From: a virus
Taxonomy: Duplodnaviria; Caudoviricetes
Direction: 5' to 3' (one strand)
IMG/VR virus record: IMGVR_UViG_3300006924_000108
Location: 1-29,236 of that record
DNA length: 29,236 bases
Below the pieces are notes generated by a model. The model saw nothing but the letters and a program-made list of their open reading frames with translations, was not told where the DNA came from and did not search any database. The position numbers and the translations under genes are program-made. This document shows positions 17,000 through 26,869 of this stretch, piece by piece (the first letter of the stretch is position 1; the number at the start of each line of letters is the position of its first letter).

Positions 17000-17943
17000 G
17001 AACTATTTTTCTCAGCTTCATTCCCACCAGCTGTACTTAGATTATCATTACCTAGTTGGGGGTCACTGCCTAGCTGTTGCTTAGTGATTTTACCAACGTC
17101 TTCAGGAGCGAGAGTAGCATGTACTCCAGCCTGTGCCATATCAGCTAGTTTACCTTGAAAGATGTGCGTACCACAATGCATTAATTCTATCATTGGTAAT
17201 GCATAGATGTCTATTCCCATATCTCGTACTACTTCTGAGAACATATAATCTTCACTAAGATATCTGTTTTGATGATTGATTATACAATCAAAGTATGCCA
17301 TAATCTGTTCACCTGGTTGAAACTCTCCTTCTCTCAAGTGATCTGGAGTGTACAATCTTTCAGGATGATGCTTGTCATATTCTTCAAAGACAGACCTATG
17401 TATAAACATAAATCCTGTTGCACCTTCTTTAATTTTTACTGGTTCGTAGATAGGAGCTTCTCCATTAGGGTACTCTTCCACTAAAGGATTAAATACCATA
17501 TCTCCAGCTACTTTTTCTAGCCCCATTGGGTCATTATCATAAGCACCTGATTTAGCTGCATGTAATACTTTCTCCCAAGCTATTGTCTTTTTAGGGTACA
17601 ACGCACAGAATACTTTTAACTTTTCTGGGTTTTCTGTTAGTAAATGCCACATGTATATTAAGTCCATTGCATTCCATGCTATATCACTATCTATGAATAA
17701 TAAATAGTCTGCATCACTTTTCAAGAAGTTAGCCACACAATAGTTTCTAGCTCTTGTTATAAGGGACTCATTGAACATGTAATAAATTTGTAACTGTAAT
17801 CCATGTTGCATACATACAGATGTAGTGTCCATCAAAGATTTTGTGTACAAACCATGACACATACCGCCATACATAGGTGTAGCTAAAAATACTTTATTCT
17901 TTTGCATTTTCGGTACATTTAGCTGTATTGTTTTCTTACTCAT
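16996..17943 (-). CDS. GT-A fold glycosyltransferase-like protein
   Basis: ATPMYGG, NESLITRARN, LLFIDSDI (DxD), ATGFM, YLSEDY. Confidence 0.7.
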   Translation of the reverse strand: MSKKTIQLNVPKMQKNKVFLATPMYGGMCHGLYTKSLMDTTSVCMQHGLQLQIYYMFNESLITRARNYCVANFLKSDADYLLFIDSDIAWNAMDLIYMWHLLTENPEKLKVFCALYPKKTIAWEKVLHAAKSGAYDNDPMGLEKVAGDMVFNPLVEEYPNGEAPIYEPVKIKEGATGFMFIHRSVFEEYDKHHPERLYTPDHLREGEFQPGEQIMAYFDCIINHQNRYLSEDYMFSEVVRDMGIDIYALPMIELMHCGTHIFQGKLADMAQAGVHATLAPEDVGKITKQQLGSDPQLGNDNLSTAGGNEAEKNSS

Positions 17944-19220
17944 AGTATATTTACCTCGTAATCTTGTTTCATATAGTAGCCCAATCTTGCATTTGCTTGA
18001 CGAGCTGCCGTTTTTCCTTTGAGATGAATGTCTACAACTACAGGTTGTTGTTTACCTTCTTTATCTCTTATTACTCTACCTATTAGCTGTGTTAGTAAAG
18101 GTTCATTATTTATTGGTGTACCCAGCACTAAACAACTTAGATCGTTTAATGATATACCTTCAGAAAAGATTGATTGAGTACCAAAGAGTATGTTCTTATC
18201 CTCTTTGATTTGATTCATTACATCTTCTCTTTCAGTAAACTCCATATCTCCTGTTATGGAAACTGCTTTATCGCCGCACAATCCTGCACAACTTTTTAAG
18301 AAAGCTACTCTATCAGACACTACTAATACTTTATGCCCTTCTGCAGCATACTTTGCAGCAATCATACTTACACTATGTACATATTCTTCATTATATGCAA
18401 GATGATTTATTCGTTCTGCCCAAGGTGTAAACGCTCCATCTAGGAAACGTATATCGGACTTAATTACATGAATCTTAGGAATCATATAGTTTTCTTTTGG
18501 TGGTATATGTACATCATTACCGAAGTAATCTCTGAATACCACATGTCGTCCGTCCTTTCTTTCTAGTGTTCCTGATAAGCCTATCTTATTCAAAGCTGGC
18601 ATTTCATCTACTATTCTAGTAAAAGTTGGACTACTGACGTGATGCATTTCATCTAAAATCACAGTTCCGAATTCCTGTTTGATGTCGTCCATCTTGCGGT
18701 ATAAACTCTGAATATTCCCAATAACTATTGGAGACTTAGTATCAAAGCTACCTGATCCGATTCTGCCTGCCTTGATTCCAAAGCAGTTTTCTACGTCTTT
18801 TTCCCACTGATTTCGTAGGGTGGTTGTATGAGTAACAACCAATGTTTTCTGACCTAGCTTCTTCGCTATAGCTAAAGCCGTTATTGTCTTTCCCCAACTT
18901 ACCCAAGCGTTAACTATACCATTGCCTTGGATTGCGTCATGTACCCTTTGCTGGCTTGGTCGTAAAGTAAACTTGAAGTCAGGAAGTTCTACAGGCGAGG
19001 TTACGCGCTTGTCGATTATTTCGTAATCATCTGGTATTAAATCCGTTCTTCCCACAGGTATAGAAATTAAACCTTCTTTTATCCATCGTACTGTTTTAAA
19101 TACGATAGGTGGATCTTGTGGCATCCTAGGGGCTATCGTGTAAGTTAGCTCCTTTTCGATGTCCGAACTTGTTTTTGTATCTACTGAGAGGTAGATTCTG
19201 TTTGATAATACTGCCTTCAT
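17940..19220 (-). CDS. D10: SF2 ATP-dependent helicase (T5 D10)
   Basis: LRPSQ, WGKT, DEMH, SGT, QLIGRVIR. Start MKAVLSNRIY in an ATGA overlap. Confidence 0.9.
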   Translation of the reverse strand: MKAVLSNRIYLSVDTKTSSDIEKELTYTIAPRMPQDPPIVFKTVRWIKEGLISIPVGRTDLIPDDYEIIDKRVTSPVELPDFKFTLRPSQQRVHDAIQGNGIVNAWVSWGKTITALAIAKKLGQKTLVVTHTTTLRNQWEKDVENCFGIKAGRIGSGSFDTKSPIVIGNIQSLYRKMDDIKQEFGTVILDEMHHVSSPTFTRIVDEMPALNKIGLSGTLERKDGRHVVFRDYFGNDVHIPPKENYMIPKIHVIKSDIRFLDGAFTPWAERINHLAYNEEYVHSVSMIAAKYAAEGHKVLVVSDRVAFLKSCAGLCGDKAVSITGDMEFTEREDVMNQIKEDKNILFGTQSIFSEGISLNDLSCLVLGTPINNEPLLTQLIGRVIRDKEGKQQPVVVDIHLKGKTAARQANARLGYYMKQDYEVNIL

Positions 19221-20725
19221 AGATTCGAGATAAACTCCAAATCTTGTAGCTTCCATAGTCTAGTCAGCTCTTGATGATTATTGTCCCAGGGCGATGACCA
19301 CCCTGTTTTGTTTCTTCTATCACGAACATGCTTTGGCAAATAATCTGCCATAACTTCTCTTAATAAATATTTATATGTTCCAATCTGATGGTCGGGGTGT
19401 GTTTTGAACTTTACTCCACTTTCTATACTTAGCATGTATCGTACAAAACTTTGGGAAAGAAACACTGGTCTGCTTTCCATTCCCCACATACCACAGGTTT
19501 GATCAGTTGTGAGTATATTCTGTTCTGATGTACTCACTAAGTCATACCAAAGAGCATTGTTTTTATAGTCTGTTTTACTAAATATCTGCCTTGGAATCCA
19601 CTTTTGTTTTGAGGCATAGTGATCTATTGTTTCTTTATTGTACTCATCATTATAATATCTATCATGATGTTGATAGCCTGTAAATAATTCATCCGCACTA
19701 TCTCCAGTTAGAACTACTTTACACCCGTCACGGCTTGCTGCTTTGCATAAAGAGTACCTAGGTGCTGTTCTATTTCTATCCACCCAAGGAAAGTGAGTAT
19801 GTGCTAACCACATTCTATGATAATGATGTACGGAACTATAGTCTAGTTTTACAACTTTATATGGCACTCCCCACTCTTGACAAGTTTTGATTGCCATCTT
19901 TGCTTCTTTACGAAATCCATCATGGTCATGCACAAGCCCACCTTCTTTTCCATAATCACAAATGTAAGCGGTTAAATCTATATTTGTATCTTTTAGTATG
20001 CCTAAGGCACAAGTGCTGTCTAAACCTCCGCTAAGAAATATAGCAGTTTTCTGTTTAGTATTCGCTACTTTCTTTATGCTAGTTATTAAGTTTGTTTTGA
20101 ATTGGTTTATATTTATATTTGAGTTACCAATTGTAAAGTTGCCCCATAAGTTTCTTCTTTCAATATTAAGAGTTTCTAAGTTTAATTCCCATATTTGTCC
20201 AGGAGCTACTTTAATTATATTAGTATACGGACTAGCGTTGCCTAACCATAGGGGATTATTCATATACATATGATGAGTCTTAGTATTATTCTGTTTAAAA
20301 TGTATACTTCTTAGACTTGTACTAACTGTTAAATCTTTACCCTTTTTGTATATCCACAAAGGTTTTGCACCAAAATGATCTCTTGCTATAATTAATTTGT
20401 TTTTCTTTTTATTATAATACACAAAAGAACCGTGCCAATCTGTATTCGCTATAAATCTATATCCAAATAAGTCTAATCCATTTCCTAAAAAGGCAGTATC
20501 ATTATCAATATTAGAATCATACATCTCTCCATTAAAAACTAAGATGTTGCCCTTCTTAGTTTTGAATGGTTGTATTTGATGTGTTCCATTTACGTCTAAC
20601 AATACATGACCAAAAGCTAACTTTTCGTCTTGCCAGTAGGAATGGTCAGTTGGACCTCTATGCTTTTGTCGCATAGTCATATGTTCTATATCATTTTTTC
20701 GTGTTGTTACTACGAATCCGCACAT
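19217..20725 (-). CDS. asnB: Asparagine synthetase B-like glutamine amidotransferase
   Basis: N-terminal MCG, HRGP, FNGEMY, RDHFGAKPL, LSGGLDS, GDSADELFTGY, ESRPVFL. Confidence 0.88.
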   Translation of the reverse strand: MCGFVVTTRKNDIEHMTMRQKHRGPTDHSYWQDEKLAFGHVLLDVNGTHQIQPFKTKKGNILVFNGEMYDSNIDNDTAFLGNGLDLFGYRFIANTDWHGSFVYYNKKKNKLIIARDHFGAKPLWIYKKGKDLTVSTSLRSIHFKQNNTKTHHMYMNNPLWLGNASPYTNIIKVAPGQIWELNLETLNIERRNLWGNFTIGNSNININQFKTNLITSIKKVANTKQKTAIFLSGGLDSTCALGILKDTNIDLTAYICDYGKEGGLVHDHDGFRKEAKMAIKTCQEWGVPYKVVKLDYSSVHHYHRMWLAHTHFPWVDRNRTAPRYSLCKAASRDGCKVVLTGDSADELFTGYQHHDRYYNDEYNKETIDHYASKQKWIPRQIFSKTDYKNNALWYDLVSTSEQNILTTDQTCGMWGMESRPVFLSQSFVRYMLSIESGVKFKTHPDHQIGTYKYLLREVMADYLPKHVRDRRNKTGWSSPWDNNHQELTRLWKLQDLEFISNL

Positions 20726-21225
20726 TTTCTTTGTTCCTTATTTTGTAGCCACATGACTAAACTTTTCTTTTGTCCACTCCCTAAAGGCGTAACTCTATGC
20801 ATTCTATTACTAGCATAGAATACTGCAGCTTTATATGGTAAGTGTATCTGTTCATCTTTTATTTGAAACTCTGCTCCTGTATATTCATGGTCTTTTGATA
20901 AATTTACAGATACAGATACTGTTGCAATATTAGGTTCTGCATGCCACTCAAGTCCTTGTCCTGGAGTATGATAGTGCATTATATGACCAAAAGTGTATTT
21001 TTGAAAATATAAAGTCTCTGCAAATTCTTTTTCTGAAAGTTGTTTTACTTCATCCATAAACTTGTAATGACTTCTAAGAGTGTAATAATTTCTATCTACT
21101 TTCTCATTCTTTTTACCTGTAACTAGGCTTACTTCTAGACTATCATTATTACTTGCATAGTCACAGTACGTTCTGAAAAAGTTAGCTTGGTCTTCCGTAA
21201 AGAAGTTTGATATAATCATTATCAT
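20710..21225 (-). CDS. 2OG-Fe(II) oxygenase (prolyl-hydroxylase-like)
   Basis: WHAE, SVSVNLS..EYTGAEF, HRVTPL, KKSLVMW. Confidence 0.78.
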   Translation of the reverse strand: MIMIISNFFTEDQANFFRTYCDYASNNDSLEVSLVTGKKNEKVDRNYYTLRSHYKFMDEVKQLSEKEFAETLYFQKYTFGHIMHYHTPGQGLEWHAEPNIATVSVSVNLSKDHEYTGAEFQIKDEQIHLPYKAAVFYASNRMHRVTPLGSGQKKSLVMWLQNKEQRKCADS

Positions 21226-21347
21226 GTGTTATCACCATCTTTATATTGGATTTGTGATTTATCAAATAATCTATTTGCAGTTCTCTGCATTGAACGTTCC
21301 ATCCAACGATTTATTATAATTGAAACCCATTGTCTTAATTTACCCAT
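21222..21347 (-). CDS. 41-aa hypothetical protein, absent from the ORF track
   Basis: MGKLRQWVSIIINRWMERSMQRTANRLFDKSQIQYKDGDNT; coupled on both sides (TAATG and ATGA overlaps). Confidence 0.65.
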   Translation of the reverse strand: MGKLRQWVSIIINRWMERSMQRTANRLFDKSQIQYKDGDNT

Positions 21348-21598
21348 TATTCTACCACCGTAAAAGTTTGTATAGTATCTATCTCAATATCTTCCCACTT
21401 TTGGAACTCTACATCATAGCAAATTAACTTATCTCCCTGTTGATTTAGTACATGGTTTGGTACTTTCATATACTTCTCACACAGAGTATATTCTCTATGA
21501 TGTATTTTTCCTGACTTTAAACTCTCAAAAGTTACGAGTACTATGCTTGTTTCTAATTTTCTTCTTAGTTTATTTATATCCATTAAATTTTTCTCCAT
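21347..21598 (-). CDS. Small SH3/WYL_2-like beta-barrel protein
   Basis: IVLVTFESLKSG...REYTL...CYDVEFQKWEDI pattern. Confidence 0.5.
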   Translation of the reverse strand: MEKNLMDINKLRRKLETSIVLVTFESLKSGKIHHREYTLCEKYMKVPNHVLNQQGDKLICYDVEFQKWEDIEIDTIQTFTVVE

Positions 21599-22047
21599 GT
21601 ATCTTTCTTTTGTTCTTCACAATATTCCCATATCTTCCAAGGTATTCCTGACTTATACAATAAGCCTGCCCAAGAGTTTCCATCTTGGGGAGGCCTTGCT
21701 TCTACAAAAGGAAAAGGTACATCTTTTAGCCAAACAACTGCGGCTATGTCTTTCTTTTCAACTTTTCTTATTTTATGGTATTTAAGAGTTGCTGTTTTTG
21801 TTTTCTCGTTATACCAATATACTCCATTAGTATCAATGAAGTGTTTACCTCTATGTTTCATCATGCCAACTTCATCATCAATCTGGTAACGAAGTGGATA
21901 AATACTTTTCATAGGGCTTTGTAATCTTCTCATGCCTAGAGTTTCTCCAGACATATTTTTGTCATCTACTATTTGATCTGCTATAATCAATAGTCCATCT
22001 ATCTCTTCAGGTTCTTCTGAGAGTACGTATGCAGGAAACTTAATCAT
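21583..22047 (-). CDS. Conserved T5-like hypothetical protein (between pol and D10)
   Basis: FPAYVL, VDDKNMSG..LGMRRL, FIDTNG, C-terminal DTWRKI; synteny. Confidence 0.75.
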   Translation of the reverse strand: MIKFPAYVLSEEPEEIDGLLIIADQIVDDKNMSGETLGMRRLQSPMKSIYPLRYQIDDEVGMMKHRGKHFIDTNGVYWYNEKTKTATLKYHKIRKVEKKDIAAVVWLKDVPFPFVEARPPQDGNSWAGLLYKSGIPWKIWEYCEEQKKDTWRKI

Positions 22048-22586
22048 GGTCTAGATTTGAACCCTTTGAAACAGTTACTCCAGTTTGTACATACCCAATC
22101 AAAGTCTTTATCAATAATAGATAGCTTAAACATAATTTTTTCTTTACTTTTAACTACTACTTTATGTTCGGTAGAAGTATCAAGTATTGCATTTTGGTAA
22201 ACCCACTTTCTTTCATGGTCTGCTCTGTTACCCCCTATGTGTCCTTTAGGTCTAAAGTAAGTACAAGACTCTCTCCAGCCTTGTAGTCCCCACACTATTG
22301 CACACTTATTTCCTTTGTCTGTATGCCAAGGTAGTACTGTATCTTTTTCTAGCCAAACAAAACTAGTTCTATACTTACAGCTACTAAGAAAAGGCATAGT
22401 ATCTAAAAAGCCTTGTATTTGGTCGTTATGAAAATGTGCAAATTTATAGTTATCAATAGCTTGACCTGTCTTATGTGTATAAGCTCTTTTCTTTAATTTG
22501 TTTGCTTTGTCAAGTAAGTACTCAGTGTCTGCTCTAAAATGTATAGGCTGTAGTAATTGACATCTACTTATTCTTACTTCTTCCAT
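22044..22586 (-). CDS. Putative cupin / 2OG-Fe(II) hydroxylase-like protein
   Basis: LPWHTD...ILDTSTEHKV: HxD...H facial triad pattern. Confidence 0.55.
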   Translation of the reverse strand: MEEVRISRCQLLQPIHFRADTEYLLDKANKLKKRAYTHKTGQAIDNYKFAHFHNDQIQGFLDTMPFLSSCKYRTSFVWLEKDTVLPWHTDKGNKCAIVWGLQGWRESCTYFRPKGHIGGNRADHERKWVYQNAILDTSTEHKVVVKSKEKIMFKLSIIDKDFDWVCTNWSNCFKGFKSRP

Positions 22587-22777
22587 GACCAGCCCTCTTC
22601 TATTGAGCCTTGTACTCCTTGTATGAAGTCTCTATCTTCTTCTGATAGTATTGACCAAAACTTACTTACATTCAGAGTCTGATTATATACTTCATCAGGA
22701 TTCTTTAGATGATAGTCTTCCTTCATTAGCATTTCTATTTGGTCTAGTCTTACTTGTATTTTCTCTTTAAGATTCAT
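22574..22777 (-). CDS. Hypothetical protein (67 aa)
   Basis: Overlaps both neighbours in the operon; helical, acidic. Confidence 0.65.
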   Translation of the reverse strand: MNLKEKIQVRLDQIEMLMKEDYHLKNPDEVYNQTLNVSKFWSILSEEDRDFIQGVQGSIEEGWSWKK

Positions 22778-23258
22778 ATATAAACATCCAATTTTTCCTA
22801 CCCGCTGGGTCTACGTTAGTCCCGATTTCTTTCATTCCAAAATCTAAAAAGACTTGTCTGCCCCTTTCATATGTTATTTCACACATCATGTTAGGACTAT
22901 CAAATTCTTTTTCACAGAACTCTTTGCCTATATTAAGGTCATAAGTTGACGCTCCACCTTTGTAGGCGTCAACCCATGATTGTCTACGGAATGCAGGATA
23001 ACGATACTCTGTACCATCATCCCCTGTAAATACTTTGTTTGTACACAAAGCATTTACACCCACCATAAGCTGTGGGTCTAAACCAAGAACAGTATCATAC
23101 GTCATCATATAATACTGCTCTTTGTCGTAATATGCTTCTAGGTCTTGATAACAAGTTCCGTTTCGCACTATGAAGCCTTGTATTCTAAGCTGTATAACTC
23201 GATACAACTCATCTATGTTTAACTCTTCATAAGGCTTGATTACTGTAACTAAACTCAT
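22767..23258 (-). CDS. ElaA-like GNAT acyltransferase
   Basis: KPYEELNIDELYRVIQLR..FIV...CYQDLE resembles the ElaA N-terminus; VFLDFGM near the C-terminus. Confidence 0.65.
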   Translation of the reverse strand: MSLVTVIKPYEELNIDELYRVIQLRIQGFIVRNGTCYQDLEAYYDKEQYYMMTYDTVLGLDPQLMVGVNALCTNKVFTGDDGTEYRYPAFRRQSWVDAYKGGASTYDLNIGKEFCEKEFDSPNMMCEITYERGRQVFLDFGMKEIGTNVDPAGRKNWMFIYES

Positions 23259-25516
23259 AATCCGTATAACTTACTAAACTTACCAAGAGAGTAATCGTCC
23301 GCAACATCAAAGTCACAGCCAACTGGAGCGTCAGGTATTGACAGTCCTCTATCTTTTTGGATAAACTCTTTCAGTTTCTTACTATAGAGTTCTATTTCAT
23401 CATCAGGAACTTCTGCTAAGATGGAGTCATGCACTAGTGCAAATATCTTTGCTTTCATACCAGTCTTACGAATATACTTCTGTGTATCGATTGCACCAAG
23501 CAGATTGATGTCGGATGATACAGACTGTACGAGTGCATTAACTCCTGACCTTACTTCATGAGCTGCGATTCCCTTATCTGACGAGAATACATTTGGTAGT
23601 CTTCTCTTTCTTCCGAAATGAGAATAAATAAAACCATTGGCTTGAATAAACTTCTGCATATTATTCAACCATTCTCGCAGTTTAGGGAAAGCCTCAAAGT
23701 AATCTTTGATAACGTACTGTGCTTCTTGCATAGAAAACTCAGTACCACTATCTTTAGTGACCTGCTCACTAATCTTTTTCGGGCCTGCTCCGTACATGAT
23801 ACCAAAGGTAACAGCTTTTGCTTGTTGTCTTTTGTCTCCATATAGTTCTGCAACTTGTTCTACCTCACACGGAAGTCTGAACACTTGTTTTGCAATTGTA
23901 CTATGAAAATTACCCCCAGACTTAAACACATTCTGTAGGCCTCTGTCTTTAGCAAGTACTGCAGCACAATATACTTCTGCGGTTGTTAAGTCCATCGCGA
24001 CTATCTTATGTCCAGCCTTCGCCTTGATACAACCCTTTACTGTCGGATTGTCTCTTGGGAGCTGCTGCATATTTAGTTTACCACTACTGGACAGTCTACC
24101 TGAAGTTGTACCGTGAAGATTGAAGTTTGTTCTCAATCTAGAATCTATGTCAAGGTTAGGGATAATCTTATCAAGATATGTATTCTTGATTTTAACTTTC
24201 TGTCTAATCTCTAAGATATGTTTTGGTACATCATGTTGTTCTGCTAGTATACCCAATACTTCGGCATCAGTGCTATCAGCACCAGTACCCGTTTTCTTAC
24301 CCGTTGGGGCTAAGCCTATGTAATCAAACAATAGACTTCTAAGCTGTAGAGTTGAGTTAGGATTAAATCCACCCTTAGCCGCAACAAATGCTTTGACTTC
24401 AGGAAACTCTTGTAGGGTGTCTACTGCTTTTTGTATATCTTCGCCCATTCTTTTCTGACCAAACTCTAGACGAGTCTTGTCAAAAGGAACACCATTAGAT
24501 TCTACATCTTTCAGGAATCTAACACCTTCTACTAGAAGATTCTTATATACCCAATATAGTTTCTCGTTTCTCAATATAGCTGCTTCAAACTTTTGAAACA
24601 ACAAGAATGTTACTATGGCATCCATTGCAGCATAACTTTTCATAACTTCAAAAGGAATCAAATCATAACTAAAGTCTCCTTTGAGGATTCCTGTTCTTTT
24701 GATATAGTCTGCTTTCCAGTTATCAAGTTCTGCTTCGTAGTCTCCATAATCTGTGTGTTTGATTGCAAGAGTCTTAAGACCATGTGTACCTGGGTTCTCA
24801 TCAAACATATAATGCATAAGCATTGTATCTTCAAAGTGTGGGAACTCAAAGTTGAAATGATACTCAAACCATTGTAAGTCAAACTTACTGTTATGAAATA
24901 CTACTCTTTTCTTGTTAAATATATCTTGCATAAGTAGTTCTGCTGTGCCATCAATACACTCACAGTCTACGTATACTCCATGTTCTTTCTTGTATGACAT
25001 AGAGAAACCAAGCATATACCCATTTCTCGGATAGAGAGATGAAGTCTCTGAGTCAAGTGCGATATAGTCTAAAGGGTACTCTAAGGCATCTTTTAGATAT
25101 CTATGAAGAGTTGCTGTGTCTTCGATACCAAAACATTTATCATCGCCTAGCGACTTCTGTGTTAGTTCTCCGCTTACATATCCCGTTATACTCTCGACTG
25201 CTTCCTCGAACGACTTCTTTGCTTCTGGTTTGAACTTTATCATAGCAGGGTTGATTAAAGCTAAAAACTTATCATCAACAATTTTTCCATTGTACTCTGT
25301 TATGGATGTCTTTCTAGTAAACATTTTGAAAGGTTCAGAACCTACAAGAATAAGCCAATCGTACGAGTCTGTATCGATTTCGATATCTACATCTCTTTTC
25401 AGAATTTTTTGTTTACCACTATCTGAGCATAACGCAAATCGGTCATACTCGAAGTCAAAGTACTTATCATAATTAGTACTTGACATTGTTTTTTCTATTA
25501 TTGCCACTTTAGCCAT
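23255..25516 (-). CDS. pol: Family A DNA polymerase with 3'-5' exonuclease (T5-type)
   Basis: Exo DSET, HNSKFD, YAAMD; GTTSGRLSS, DLTTAE, RQQAKAVTFGIMYG (Phe at the E. coli 762-equivalent), VHDS. Confidence 0.96.
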   Translation of the reverse strand: MAKVAIIEKTMSSTNYDKYFDFEYDRFALCSDSGKQKILKRDVDIEIDTDSYDWLILVGSEPFKMFTRKTSITEYNGKIVDDKFLALINPAMIKFKPEAKKSFEEAVESITGYVSGELTQKSLGDDKCFGIEDTATLHRYLKDALEYPLDYIALDSETSSLYPRNGYMLGFSMSYKKEHGVYVDCECIDGTAELLMQDIFNKKRVVFHNSKFDLQWFEYHFNFEFPHFEDTMLMHYMFDENPGTHGLKTLAIKHTDYGDYEAELDNWKADYIKRTGILKGDFSYDLIPFEVMKSYAAMDAIVTFLLFQKFEAAILRNEKLYWVYKNLLVEGVRFLKDVESNGVPFDKTRLEFGQKRMGEDIQKAVDTLQEFPEVKAFVAAKGGFNPNSTLQLRSLLFDYIGLAPTGKKTGTGADSTDAEVLGILAEQHDVPKHILEIRQKVKIKNTYLDKIIPNLDIDSRLRTNFNLHGTTSGRLSSSGKLNMQQLPRDNPTVKGCIKAKAGHKIVAMDLTTAEVYCAAVLAKDRGLQNVFKSGGNFHSTIAKQVFRLPCEVEQVAELYGDKRQQAKAVTFGIMYGAGPKKISEQVTKDSGTEFSMQEAQYVIKDYFEAFPKLREWLNNMQKFIQANGFIYSHFGRKRRLPNVFSSDKGIAAHEVRSGVNALVQSVSSDINLLGAIDTQKYIRKTGMKAKIFALVHDSILAEVPDDEIELYSKKLKEFIQKDRGLSIPDAPVGCDFDVADDYSLGKFSKLYGL

Positions 25517-26348
25517 ATAATTTTTCCTTTAATCTTTGTATTTCTGGTTTTGTTAAATTGCCAGGGTCTATATTATCTCGTAGTTTTACTACTCTAGCAC
25601 TTAACTCTAGTTGTTCTGCCAAGCCTTTTGCCATCTCGCCAGCTTTTACACCCGCTTCATCCCCGTCAAACATAATGTCTACTCCTTGTACTCCTTGGAG
25701 TTTAAGTAGACTTAGCTTGACCCAATTAACTTGTTGTGTACCAAAACAGCACACTGTATTCTTGAGACCTTTGTCCCAAAGGTTAAGAGCATCAAAGATA
25801 CCCTCCACCAATATAACTCTATTCTGTATTGGTTTTATTTTAGCTGGACAGAATGGCATCTCTGCACCATTCGGATATATGAAATACTTGTTCATATTGA
25901 AGTCGTCCAGACTTCTACCAATCAGAGCCACTGTCTTTCCTCGGATGTCGCGTATAGGAAAGATGATACGATTCTCGAATTGAGGTACGTTCCATGTGAA
26001 CGCTCCCCATATTGCAAGAGTCTCCTCAGATATATTTCTGATTCCACCACCTTTCCACGGTACTCGATCCTTTGGGAGTTGGATTCCGACAGTTTCGCTT
26101 TTAACTTTATTTACTTTTTCTTTGATTCTGTGCATACGAACTTCTAGTGGAGAAGCAGGTGCACCGAAGTATGTAAACAGATTACCTTTGTACCCACAAG
26201 AGAAACAGTTAAATATACCTGTTACTTTATCCACTCTCATACTAGGGTTACTATCATCATGCTCTGGGTTCAGACACGATATTACAGCGTCTCGTCCTGA
26301 GATGCGGTAATCTATTTTCTTTTCTCTTAAGAGTTCTTCTGCTATCAT
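25509..26348 (-). CDS. DNA primase (zinc finger + TOPRIM)
   Basis: CLNPEH...CFSCG, LVEGIFDAL, FDGDEAG, DPG. Confidence 0.92.
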   Translation of the reverse strand: MIAEELLREKKIDYRISGRDAVISCLNPEHDDSNPSMRVDKVTGIFNCFSCGYKGNLFTYFGAPASPLEVRMHRIKEKVNKVKSETVGIQLPKDRVPWKGGGIRNISEETLAIWGAFTWNVPQFENRIIFPIRDIRGKTVALIGRSLDDFNMNKYFIYPNGAEMPFCPAKIKPIQNRVILVEGIFDALNLWDKGLKNTVCCFGTQQVNWVKLSLLKLQGVQGVDIMFDGDEAGVKAGEMAKGLAEQLELSARVVKLRDNIDPGNLTKPEIQRLKEKLYG

Positions 26349-26358
26349 AATTATATAT

Positions 26359-26387
26359 ATTATATCAAAATTTTAAGATTGTGTCAA
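26359..26387 (-). promoter_or_regulatory. Consensus sigma70 promoter for primase-pol
   Basis: TTGACA-17 nt-TATAAT preceded by AAAATAGTTC. Confidence 0.9.
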
Positions 26388-26869
26388 GAACTATTTTCCG
26401 TTAGTTTTGACTTATGCTTCCATTTCAATTGATCTCCAAGTCGCTCGTACTCTCGAAACTTTTCATCATTTTCATAGTACCTAGACTTCCAAACCAACTC
26501 TGCCATTTGAAACCAGACAGCTACAGCTTTATCTCTAAACTCATGGTCTGGCCATAGATAGTAGTGTAGCCACCACTCTTGATCGAATCTACACACTCTT
26601 ATTTCTTGTTCGTGTAGTTCAGGTATCTCGCTTAGGACTCTAAGACGTTGACTACCTGCTATTGGGTACCAGTTAGGCATAACTAGTAGAGGAGAACGCA
26701 CACCTTCTTTCTTCAAGGCTTCTTTCAACGGCTCGTTGGAAGGTACGTTCATAATGTTTTCTTTTACTTTTGGTTGCTCTAACATCCACCCTACGGTTTT
26801 TACATACCAAGTATGTGGTGCTAAAGGTATTTGTTCGGCACTTTCTCGTGCTACTCTGTCATCTGCCAT
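26384..26869 (-). CDS. ParB/sulfiredoxin-like domain protein
   Basis: LKEALKKEGVRSPLLV...IAGSQRLRVL motif. Confidence 0.6.
   Translation of the reverse strand: MADDRVARESAEQIPLAPHTWYVKTVGWMLEQPKVKENIMNVPSNEPLKEALKKEGVRSPLLVMPNWYPIAGSQRLRVLSEIPELHEQEIRVCRFDQEWWLHYYLWPDHEFRDKAVAVWFQMAELVWKSRYYENDEKFREYERLGDQLKWKHKSKLTENSS

Noticed and set aside
6410-19256. ORF-track starts at 6410, 8834, 13078, 17027 and 19256
   Set aside because: Downstream ATGs (6434, 8816, 13030, 16970, 19220) fit coupling, SD or homolog-like N-termini better; the longer starts run through promoters or neighbouring genes.
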